NCBI GenBank assembly: GCA_002269645.1
Contig: NIVC01003901.1
Span: 1-31,621 of the forward strand
Source: Macrostomum lignano
Taxonomy: Eukaryota
Direction of reading: 5' to 3'
Length of the DNA stretch: 31,621 nt
Shown: positions 1 to 9,160 of the stretch, piece by piece
Layout: each line of letters starts with the position of its first letter
How positions within the stretch are numbered: the first letter of the stretch is position 1
Notes under the pieces: generated by a model
Databases searched by the model: none
What the model saw: only the letters and a program-made list of their open reading frames with translations
What the model was told of the DNA's origin: nothing
Position numbers and translations under genes: made by a program

Positions 1-600
1 ATGGCTGAGCAAATTTTTAAAATTTTGAAAGGATCACTGAAGTTTAGAGCCAGCCAAGAGGAGAATTGCAGACTGTTGAGAAGATAAATGAAAATTGCTA
101 AGGGAACAATTAGAGAAAAAATGTGATGACTGTAGACTGTGGAAAAGAACAGCAGATTTTCAAAGGGATCATTGCAGACTATAAAGGGGGCAAACTAAAA
201 AATTCCAAGGTAGTTTCTCTAGACTTATGAGTGTAAAGCAGCAAACTACTCGAGGGGTAACTATAGATTGCTTGGAGGATAATGACGGACTTCTGAGGAG
301 GATAATGACAGACTTCTAAAGAGGATAATAAACAATAAAGTTTTGAATGGATAATAACTATAGAGGATTAAGTGCAGGTTGTTGAGGGGACTACTAAGTG
401 AATTATTGTAGTTTGCTAAGGGGACAATACTTGATACTAGGTCACTGAGAGGATTAATGCTTAATGTTAATGAACATTGTAGACTGCAAAGGGGATAACA
501 ATATGGGGGTACTAAGAGATGACTACAATCTGTTTTGCAGGATTAGAAGTAATAATTTCAGGTTGTTGTGGGGATAACTGCCAAATTTTTTTTGGGGGGG
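1..600. repeat. Degenerate purine-rich minisatellite / low-complexity tract (locally 23-bp period)
   Basis: GGAGGATAATGAC(G/A)GACTTCT at 274-294 and 297-317 (period 23, 1 mismatch), with a partial third copy at ~320-329. Related words (GGGATCA/GGGATAA, GCAGACT, GACTGT) recur across 1-600, with strong G>C skew on the + strand. Left boundary lies outside the window. Confidence 0.5.
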
Positions 601-1219
601 GGAGGTTAACTTCAAACTGCAGGTTAGGCTAATAGGCAAAAGCTAAGTAGAAAGTTAGCAGTTTGAGTTTGCATTGAAGCAGTGAATTTATCTATGATCT
701 AGGACAATTATAATTGTTTCCTATATAGACTTAGGAAAATGTATAACATCTAAAGGGCCTGTCACTTAAGCGCCATAAAGTGGAACCCAAGTAACTTTTA
801 CTTGTATATACAAATGATATGCCATTTTGCTAAAACAAGTGACAAAAAAAGTGGTTTGGCAAAAAAGTGACAAAAATTAGACTTGGGACAACAAGAAAAG
901 AGATAATTAGGGACAATTATATCAATGTAAGCTCATAAAGTGGAGTCCCATATTATCTATTTCCCTAGTAGTAGGAGGACCTCAACTATAGACTTACAGT
1001 AATTTGACAAGTTAACAGAAAGTAGCAAAAGTACTTTTGATAGAATGCACTTAGACTTCTTTGTTAGGCTGCTGTGACAAAGACATATTAATGGAAAAAA
1101 ATTGGAGAAGCATATGGCTTTTAAAGCAACAAAATATTTCAAATTAGGCTTCAACTATATTGTTGTTTGTTCCCTCTTTTTGCTGCCCTGAAATTCCTAG
1201 ATATGCATTTAAGTGTTTC

Positions 1220-1285
1220 TTAAAGGAGTGTGATAGACACCCTTTAATAATGAAGGGTGTCTATCATAATGAAGGGTGTCTATCA
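1220..1285. repeat. Local fold-back (14-bp perfect inverted repeat) plus 19-bp tandem duplication
   Basis: TGATAGACACCCTT (1231-1244) is the exact reverse complement of AAGGGTGTCTATCA (1253-1266). TAATGAAGGGTGTCTATCA is duplicated at 1248-1266 and 1267-1285. Confidence 0.85.
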
Positions 1286-1294
1286 TATTCATAA

Positions 1295-1316
1295 TCCTAT
1301 ATACTAAAAATGTGAT

Positions 1317-1353
<37 letters not shown>

Positions 1354-1386
1354 ATAGATCCTTTTCCTATATACTAAAAATGTGAT

Positions 1387-1429
<43 letters not shown>

Positions 1430-1435
1430 ATAGAT
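1295..1435. repeat. Direct duplication of a ~65-70-bp unit, each copy containing an (AT)n microsatellite
   Basis: TCCTATATACTAAAAATGTGATGTTT-(AT)n-GTGATAGAT at 1295-1359 with (AT)15 (1321-1350) and at 1365-1435 with (AT)18 (1391-1426). Confidence 0.9.
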
Positions 1436-1474
1436 ATGTGATATATGTGATAGATTAGAGAAAAAATGGCTTAA

Positions 1475-2270
1475 GGCTCATTCCATATAAGCATGGTTGT
1501 AACATGACAGGTTATTTTTACTTATAAAATGAAATCTAATAATAGAATATACTAAACCAATGTTTTAAATGAAAGATTATTTTGTCTAGAATATATTTAT
1601 AGAGTTTCATATAGATATCATCATTAGTATAGATGCTATTGAACCTTAAATGACACTTATGGTCGTAACGACAGGATTTTTGACATATAGAAACTAAAAG
1701 GTAAAAGTCTTATAACATTTTTCATTTTTGATATTTTGCAATACATTAAAGTACATTTTTTAAATTTGACTAAGAACATCTTTAGAAATCATACTCTTTT
1801 ATTAGAATATATAAACTCAAAAGGCAACAAAGATACAAAAGAAAAGGCAGCCTTATGGTTGTAACATTATGGTCGTAACATATTTTTTTCTGTCAATTCA
1901 GTAACTTTGAGGTACTAATACATTAAAAATATAATAGATTATTTGGTCACCAATGCTTTTATCTGATGATGCAAGTACTATACTTTTATCTATAGTTTGT
2001 TTCAACCTTCAAAAGCTTTCTATTTGTTTTTAAAAGGTACAAAATCTTAATGATGTCTTTTGCTTCGAAAAATGTCTAAATTTTTACAAAAATGACTTTT
2101 TGCCAATTGATAACATACTAATCCAACATTTTACCATTCCTTTATTCTTAGATTGTATATATTGCACAATATAAACATTTGGTAAAAAAATAGGCTAATT
2201 AGGCAATGGCAAGCAAAAATATTGACTTTTTTCTATTTTCCAAATATGTCCATCTTATATGGAATGAGCC
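1475..2270. mobile_element. Non-autonomous DNA transposon (MITE, 796 bp) with TTAA target-site duplication; Kolobok-like termini
   Basis: Perfect 17-bp TIR GGCTCATTCCATATAAG (1475-1491) / CTTATATGGAATGAGCC (2254-2270), extending to ATGG/CCAT with a 1-nt indel. TTAA flanks both sides (1471-1474, 2271-2274). TTAA TSD with RR...YY termini is the Kolobok pattern (piggyBac typically has CC...GG). No ORF inside. The MITE call is firm; the superfamily is inferred from the termini only. Confidence 0.85.
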
Positions 2271-2721
2271 TTAACCGATTTTCATGAGACTTGCACTGTT
2301 TGTTCAGAAATTTTCTTGGGACAGTATATGTATCTTGGCTAAGAAATTGCTAAATGCTAAAGGGATTAGATATTCAAAAAAATGCTTTTTTGCAAAGGTC
2401 AAGCAAACTTTTCAACTTGAAATGCATTGTAAGAATGCTAGAGAACAAACCAACTGGTTTTTGAATTCTAATTCTGAAATAGATTGCATGATAACTGAAA
2501 TGTAACTCCAACTTGAATTGCGTCGCAGTATTGAAAATACAATGTGGAAGCGTAGCACCAGACTTGATTTAGATTATGTAACCATATTCTCAATTTTAAT
2601 TGAGACTAATACTGACTTGCCTAGGAAATTGATTATGTCATAACTGCTTCGAAGTGAGTGTTGAATTATAGAAGTGCTACAATTTCATTTATATAAATTC
2701 AATAAGATCTAGCCAGACTTA

Positions 2722-2778
2722 TCTACCCAGAGTGAACAGACTGGACTGCTAATGCAGCGACCTGGGTTCGAATCTTAG
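2722..2778 (+). pseudogene. Decayed tRNA-like sequence / tRNA-derived SINE head (GCT anticodon loop)
   Basis: B box GGTTCGAATC (2765-2774) in a T-arm CTGGG-TTCGAAT-CTTAG. Anticodon arm CTGGA-CTGCTAA-TGCAG (2741-2757, 4/5 pairs). TGGACTGCTAATGCA matches the tRNA-Ser(GCT) anticodon arm TGGACTGCTAATCCA (recalled) at 14/15. D arm and acceptor stem do not pair. Confidence 0.6.
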
Positions 2779-2835
2779 TAATGAAAACTTTTTTATTAAA
2801 AGCTTTTATTAAAAAAATAATAAAGGACTAAAGGG

Positions 2836-3645
2836 GTCATGTAAAAAATCATAGAAGCGTCATGTAAACAATCATAGAAGCGTCATGTAAAAATCATTGA
2901 AGAGTCATGTAAAAAATCATAGAAGCGTCATGTAAACAATCATAGAAGCATCATGTAAACAATCATAGAAGCGTCATGTAAAAAATCATTGAAGCGTCAT
3001 GTAAAAATCATAAAAGCATCATGAAACAATCATAGAAGCATCATGGAAAAATCATAGAAGCATCATGGAAAAATCATAGAAGTGTCATGTAAAAATCATA
3101 GAAGCATCATGTAAACAATCTTAGAAGTGTCATGTAAAAAATCATAGAAGCGTCATGTAAAGAATCATAGAAGCGTCATGTAAAAAATCATTGAAGCGTC
3201 ATGTAAAAATCATAAAAGCATCATGAAACAATCATAGAAGCATCATGAAAAAAATCATAGAAGCATCATGGAAAAATCATAGAAGTGTCATGTAAAAATC
3301 ATAGAAGCATCATGTAAACAATCTTAGAAGCGTCATGTAAAAAAATCATAGAAGCGTCATGTAAAAATCATAGAAGCGTCATGTAAAAATTGTAGAAGTG
3401 TCCTGCAAAAATTGTAGAAGCGTCATGAAAGAATCATTAAAGCATCATGTAAAAATCATAGAAGTGTCATGTAAAAAATCATAGAAGTGTCATGTAAACA
3501 ATCATAGAAGCGTCATGTAAACAATCATAAAAGCCTCATTTAAAAACTAATTAAAGTGTCATTTAAAAAATTAAGAAGCATCATGGTAGAATAAAAGAAG
3601 CGTCATGTTAGACATGAAAGGTGTCATGTAAAAATTAAATGAAGC
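2836..3645. repeat. 22-24-bp minisatellite (consensus GTCATGTAAAAAATCATAGAAGC), ~35 copies, degenerating rightward
   Basis: Units start at 2836, 2859 and onward. Variants are mainly in A-run length and single substitutions; copies after ~3530 are clearly more diverged. Confidence 0.95.
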
Positions 3646-4016
3646 TATAGTGATGTGCTAGGGAGAAAAACTGAGACGTCAAGGCTCACAGAGAATAACT
3701 GAGATTATGGGGGGGGGTTTCTGAGATGTCAAAGCAAAAGTCAGAAGCTACTTCAAAGTTCATTTACTTTACTCAATTTATTTATTACATTCTTTGTTGG
3801 CTCGCCACAGGGGGGCGCTGATAAAAGAAGAGTCATGTAAAAAATAAAAGTAGCACTTATGTATAAAAGAAGAATCATGTTGAAGTTAAAAGATTCATTT
3901 GGGAATTGCTACGATGTCAAAGCTTGGTGGAAATTGTTATAGTGCTGTGATTCTTAAAAAAGGAATCACTAAAATGTCAAGGCTTAGGGGAGAAGAATTG
4001 CTGTGATTTCAAGATT

Positions 4017-4063
4017 TTAGGTTGGGTTAAAGTTAGGTTTAGGTCAGGTGTGGGTTGAGGGTT
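4017..4063 (+). repeat. Degenerate telomere-like (TTAGGG-related) tract
   Basis: TTAGGTTGGGTTAAAGTTAGGTTTAGGTCAGGTGTGGGTTGAGGGTT, at the position homologous to the 4437 tract in the preceding macro-unit. Confidence 0.6.
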
Positions 4064-4436
4064 ATATTTTATTGGGTTTCAAGGTTAACAGGGGTTTTTT
4101 TAGATTTCAAGGTTTATGGGGGCCATTGCTGACATGTCAAGGCTTACGGGGGGAATAGCTGAGATGTCAAGGCTCATGGGGTATAAATGAGATTTCAAGG
4201 CTAAAGTCAAAAGCTACATGTAGTTTATTGAAAACTTTTTATTACATTATTTGATGCCTCCTCAGGGGAGGGATAGCTGATAAAAAAAGCGTAATGTAAA
4301 AAATAAAATAAGCTTCATGTCGAAGTTAAGAGATTCATTTGGGAATCTCTACGATGTCGAGGCTTGCAGGGAATCGCTATAATGCTGTAGTAGTACTATA
4401 ATGACTCTTAGAGAGAATTACTGAAATGTCAATGCT

Positions 4437-4526
4437 TTAGGGTTAGGTTAGGGTTAGGGCTAGGTTAGGGTTAGGGTTAGGGTTAGGGTTAGGCTAAGGT
4501 TGGGGTTAGGCTAAGGTTAGGGTTAG
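4437..4526 (+). repeat. Interstitial telomere-like repeat (TTAGGG)n
   Basis: Four perfect TTAGGG at 4465-4488, flanked by TTAGG, TTAGGG, CTAGG and CTAAGG variants over ~90 bp. Confidence 0.9.
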
Positions 4527-5479
4527 AAGGTTGACAGATATTTTTAGATTTCCAAGGCTTATTGGGGGCATTGCTGAGATGTCAAGGGTGGAAGTTGATA
4601 TGTTAAAGCTTGTGGGGGAATTACTGACATGTCAAGGCTTAAAAGGTTTGACAGGAGATTTTTTGAGATTTCAAGGATACATGTAGCTTATTAAAAAAAT
4701 GTGTATTGCATTTCTTTGGCTCCCCAACGGGGTGTAGATTGCTAGTAATAAAGCTAAATAATTTTTTGTGTTTTCTCTAAGACAATAGGGACTCCAATGA
4801 GATTTTGAAACTTTCAAATTTATTTCTTTTCAGATATGTATTTGATAGAAGACAATAACAGCATCACAAAATGGCTTCACTTAATAATTTTGGTTGAGTA
4901 ATAAAAGTTATAGCATTTTTTGTCTCAAAAAATTGTTTTTTAGATAGGAAATATATATTATAGGTTGTTGCCATTAGAAGTATGAAAACTAAATTTTTCA
5001 CTTTTTGTTGTCATCTTTTTTGCTATTTAACATACAATGTAGAGTCTAGCATCATTTTAAAGACCAATCAGTTCTACATAGGATTAGCAAATTGTTTTTA
5101 TTCTTTTTAATGTATCTTTTTGGGGATTGCATTTGAATTCTTTTAAAATAAAAAATGCACGTCGAAAAAAGAGCAAATTTCAAATTTCAAATGGCTACTA
5201 TTTAAAATTAATTGCTTTTTCTGAAATCTTTTTATTTGTTTACTCTACAACATATAAAAGTATGTTTTTATACCCTTTTTGCCTATATATTGACAAGGGT
5301 TAAAAAGTTCACCAATTCATGACTTTTTTGCTACTAGAACTTGATAGCATATAATGTTACAAATTACAAAATGTTGATAATTAGCTTTTTATTTGATAGC
5401 ATATCTTAAAGTCGCATATTTTTCAACTTTGAATGATTTTAATTTTAAGACTAATGAATACATATTAAGTTTGGAGTAC

Positions 5480-5528
5480 TTATAGGCACGGCGGCCGTGT
5501 CTATAATATTTGAGCTTATGGGCATGGC
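5480..5528 (-). repeat. Isolated inverted copy of the palindrome-spacer repeat family of 5967-6298
   Basis: The reverse complement of 5485-5528 (GCCATGCCCATAAGCTCAAATATTATAGACACGGCCGCCGTGCC) aligns with 5967-6014 (GCCATGCCTTTAAGCTCCAATATTAGAGACACGGCCATCTACCGTGCC). Confidence 0.8.
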
Positions 5529-5580
5529 AATAATCATCGATATAAAAGGTGTGTTCTATAGGGCTATCTCAAAAGCAATT

Positions 5581-5641
5581 GGTGGCTCAGTGGATATGTC
5601 TATAGTCTTGTGATTTTGAGTAGCAGGGGTTTGAATCCCCA
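5581..5641 (+). pseudogene. Second decayed tRNA-like sequence / tRNA-derived SINE head
   Basis: A box TGGCTCAGTGG (5583-5593). T-arm GGGG-TTTGAAT-CCCC (5626-5640), i.e. a B box with CpG decay TTCG>TTTG. A-to-B spacing is tRNA-like. The anticodon arm is poorly paired, so identity is not assigned. Followed by T/A-rich sequence. Confidence 0.6.
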
Positions 5642-5778
5642 ATGCTTGGAGATTTTTTAATTAGAAATTTTTTAGCAAATAGAAATTTTTTTGCCTTGAA
5701 TTTTTTCAGGTTTTTAAATAAAATAAAATAATAATTTAAAATAAACTAAATTAATTTTTTAAATAAGAGTAATACTTA

Positions 5779-5854
5779 ATCTTAAAGTGCGGCCAATATG
5801 TATTAAAAGAATATTTCTTTTTTATATATAACTGTGGCTGCACTTTTTTAAGAT
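5779..5854. repeat. Short inverted repeat / possible minimal TTAA-flanked element
   Basis: ATCTTAAAGTGCGGCCA (5779-5795) vs TGGCTGCACTTTTTTAAGAT (5835-5854): reverse-complementary with one mismatch and 3 extra T, around a 39-bp AT-rich spacer. Confidence 0.55.
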
Positions 5855-5966
5855 TTTGTGTTACTCTGAAAAATTAAATTTATTTAATTTTTAAAAACTT
5901 TCAAGTTAAAAAACTCCCCAACAACTCTTTTTTCTTTTCATCCAATTGATGATTGTATACATGACA

Positions 5967-6298
5967 GCCATGCCTTTAAGCTCCAATATTAGAGACACGG
6001 CCATCTACCGTGCCACTAAGTGTGAACCCAGTCAATATTAACGACATAGCCACCCACCGTGTCTCTAAGTGTGAACCCATTCAATATTAATGACACGGCT
6101 GCCATGCAAGTTTTATTGACATGGCGACTGTGTCTCTAATAATGACTAGGTCCATACTTATAGACACGGCCATGTCTATAATGCAGAAACTAAGAGACAT
6201 GGCAGCCATGTCTATAAGTATGGACTTAGTCACTATTAGAGACACGGCTACCGTGTCTATAAGTTTTTGCATTATAGACACAGTCGCCATGTCTCTAA
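5967..6298. repeat. Array of ~24-31-bp palindromic units separated by short re-used spacers
   Basis: Eight units approximating TTA(G/T)AGACA(C/T)GG-x-CC(G/A)TGTCT(A/C)TAA at 5989-6019, 6038-6068, 6087-6107 (truncated), 6115-6139, 6158-6181, 6191-6217, 6236-6262 and 6272-6298. Spacers are mostly 9 or 18 bp. The near-identical peptides of the opposing ORFs 6087-6290(-) and 6121-6312(+) are a by-product of this symmetry. Confidence 0.85.
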
Positions 6299-7067
6299 GT
6301 GTGGCATATTAAGTTTGATTTCTCTGAAAAACATAGAAAAAAAGTTTTTTGTATACCTTAGTAGTTAATTCAAAAGCTTTTTTCATTTCTTTCCCAATAT
6401 TATTGCTTGTTGATTAGCTGCAACTAAAGACTGAAGTTAGCACATACTTTATATTTAATGCTTATTGTCTTTATACACAACATATATTGTCTGCTTTGCT
6501 TTCAAAATGCAAAACATATAGGTAAATGATTGTTGATAGACTATTGTCTTGTATATTTCTTGTATTGAGTGTACCCTTATTGTAAAATTGTATACTATAA
6601 GTAAAGCTGTTAATGAACATTCATATCTGCAAAAAAGTGTAACTTATTAATTTTGTTATTAAATATTAAATTAAATTATTGTATTTAAAAATATTTTATA
6701 CTTAAAATTGTATATTGTGAAGTTGCTTATTAAATATACAAATTGAATAAACACCATTTCTTGTCAAACTCAATTTAATTTATAAGAGTTTGCATCACAG
6801 ACCAAAGTTACATACATTTAAGAGGTCACTTGTTAGGATTGCAATTGCTATAGCTCAATAATGAGCTGAAGCATACACTTATTTGAATTATTTTACCTTT
6901 AAAACAAGTTTGTAATGGTAAAACTCCTTTTTGGTTCCTTAGGCCTATTGGAATAAGTTGACAAAATGCGGACAACCAAAATAAGTACAAAATAGGATTA
7001 GGCCTACTTTTAAAATAGATATAAAGATACATTACATTATGGTAAACTCACTGGAGTCCCTAAAGAC

Positions 7068-7740
7068 CCATACTCAGGAAGGTGGCCTGCACGCGGGAAA
7101 ATTCTCGCGTGCACAAGCCACGCTAAAATTTTGGCGTGCAAAGTTGGCATGCAAATAGGGGTCTCAAGCCACGCCTAAATTTTCAGCATACAAGTTTTTT
7201 ACTTGGCATGTAACCTTGGCGTGCAATTACAAACTGACAGTATATCAACAAGTCAGATATAGATGTATACACTATATATATACAATATATAAAGTTAAAC
7301 GTGAACAATTGAATTTGAATATTGATTAAACCAACTAGTTGAGGCTACAGCCTAGCCTACAGCTAGGCCTACTTGTACTCTACAACCTACATTAAAATTA
7401 AAATATCCAATAACTTCTAAACGCTCTTATTTTGTGACTCTTGTAGACTTTTATTTTATTTGTTTCTTGAAATGTGAAGAAAAAGTTTTTGATACTTACT
7501 ATGTTCTTTGTAGCGAATTTCCTTGTTTTATATAAACTTTGTTTAATGTAAGTAGAAAATTTAGTATCATCTAATTCGGTATACACAATTTTCGGCATAC
7601 ATGATTTTTGGTATTCAAGATTTTTGGCGTGCAACAGAAACGTCATGTTAAGGGTTTTAAAAAATTGGCGTACATTGGCGTGCACAAGGATTTTTCCATA
7701 AATTGATTCCCGCGTGCACTTGCCACCTTCCTGACTATGG
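7068..7740. mobile_element. Non-autonomous DNA transposon (MITE, 673 bp) with 8-bp target-site duplication
   Basis: Exact 8-bp direct repeat CTAAAGAC at 7060-7067 and 7741-7748. TIR CCATACTCAGGAAGGTGGC (7068-7086) vs GCCACCTTCCTGACTATGG (7722-7740), 18/19. This continues with TGCACGCGGGAA (7088-7099) / TTCCCGCGTGCA (7707-7718), 12/12 after a small indel. Subterminal TTGGC(G/A)TGCA motifs cluster at 7131-7226 and 7623-7685. An 8-bp TSD fits hAT, P or Zisupton-type elements; the superfamily is unresolved. Confidence 0.9.
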
Positions 7741-8954
7741 CTAAAGACAATGTCTTTTTTATTTCTTTCTATTTCTAGTTTATATGTTTGCTTAGTTCTT
7801 TATATAATTACACTGCAACATTATTCATTTGCAAAGAATCTACTTTATACTAAAACTTGCCTACGCCCTTCTCTGTATGTAGGCCTATTGGCAAGACATA
7901 AGATCCTAACTAAAGTCTAACAATAATACAAAAACCACAATTAGCATAGAAAGAGAAATAGCAAGCAGAAAAAACAGTAAACAAATAATGCTCACTCGCT
8001 GATCCAGATTTGTCAAGTGATATGGATTCAGGTTATTGTATGACATAGCAAGTACTATTGACTAAAGACTCTTAAAAACAAAAAAATAAATTTACTGGCT
8101 CTGGCTTTTAAACTTTCTTTTATATTGGTGTGTTTAGGATATAATTACGACTTATTGTAACAAACAACAGCGCCAATCGCTAGAAAACATTAAAACTTCT
8201 TAAAATAGTAGCAAATAACTAACGCAATTATTAAATAGTAATGGGATGCCGCGGTCACAGTTACCGTGCAAGTGAGGCTTACCCAAAGCCTTAAATTCGG
8301 AATACAACAACGAATAGAAATTAAATGCTTAGGTTTCTTTACCTAATTAAACAAATCCTAAAGCAAGAAAATGCTACCGTACTAAATTTTTTGTAAAAAA
8401 TATACTTTAAACTGAAAAAATTATTAAAAAAGTAGAACTCATAAAATTTGACTTGACTTTTCAAAACGCCGGTATTAACCGGATTTTTCTGATTAAACTT
8501 TGCATGTCGTCATGCCGGTCTACAATATTGCATAAATTTTTTGCATGCAAGCAAGGGAAGAAAATTTCCATCCTATACTCACTCCTAAGTTCCAATCTTC
8601 TCTTTAATTGTTGTTGCCTGGCAGGGGCGGATACCAGCAGAGGGGATCGCCTCCCCCCGAAGTTGACCTCAGCCAGGCGCCCATTGTGAGACACGCTAGA
8701 CGCCCACTTAGCCAGAGTGATGGACAATGCCTACAACCAACTGGCGCGTCTGGCTGTTAGCAAAGCTGTTTGGGAGGCGCGAGTTACATGTAGGCCTGTG
8801 CTGCAACAGATAGGCGCAATGAATTAGTTCAGCGGAAGTGGGCCCGCGCCGGCCCAAACGAGTGTTATTTACAAGACATTAAATCAGAGGGGTTGAGGCA
8901 GATTAAGAAAATGAGAGGTAAATTAAGCGACTGAGGACAGAGGCAAGTTTGAAG

Positions 8955-9160
8955 GGCCAATCAGAAGGCAGCGAGGGAGAAAGATAAGAAAACAATTAAG
9001 AGTCAAGACAAAGATTATTAGTACTTCCTAGTGGTCCTTGAGTCAAGACTGAACAGAGGGAGAAAATAGCTGAGTAAAACAGACACGAAGGGCAAATGAA
9101 CAAAAAAAATTGCAGCTGCGACACATGTACATTTGAAGGGTGGGCGGGTGGGCGGGGTGG
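8955..9160 (+). promoter_or_regulatory. Promoter-like motif cluster: CCAAT box, two GC boxes overlapping a G-quadruplex motif
   Basis: GGCCAATCAG at 8955-8964 (NF-Y-type consensus). GGGTGGGCGGGTGGGCGGGGTGG at 9138-9160 contains GGGCGG at 9142-9147 and 9150-9155. Motif-level evidence only. Confidence 0.35.

Larger units (their letters stand above)
2782..4740. repeat. Diverged tandem macro-repeat, ~440-470-bp basic unit, about three copies plus a partial fourth
   Basis: Collinear anchors: GATTCATTTGGGAAT at 3892 and 4332; AAGGTT(A/G)ACAG at 4081 and 4527; AAAGTCA(G/A)AAGCTAC near 3737 and 4203; GAAAACTTTTT(T)ATTA at 2783 and 4230. A sub-motif CTGA(G/C)ATGTCAAGGCT recurs many times. Confidence 0.7.

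Noticed and set aside
2275-2700. Older host element interrupted by the Kolobok-like MITE (empty site ...AAAATGGCTTAACCGATTTTCATGA...)
   Set aside because: The reconstructed site is reminiscent of words seen in invertebrate non-autonomous repeats, but I cannot name a family or define ends from the sequence alone.
4017-4526. Telomere-telomere fusion scar
   Set aside because: Both tracts are on the same strand and are embedded in homologous macro-repeat units; there is no inverted CCCTAA tract.
4780-5480. A further MITE in the AT-rich block (GGACTCCAA ... TTGGAGTAC)
   Set aside because: The inverted match is only 8/9 bp with no TSD; the block may be TE-derived but boundaries cannot be supported.
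6160-6169. ATAGACACGG shared between the palindrome units and the satellite monomer
   Set aside because: A ~10-bp match with no flanking similarity; not distinguishable from chance.
5967-6298. CRISPR array
   Set aside because: Repeats vary in length and sequence, spacers are only 9-18 bp and are re-used rather than unique, there are no cas genes, and the context is eukaryotic.
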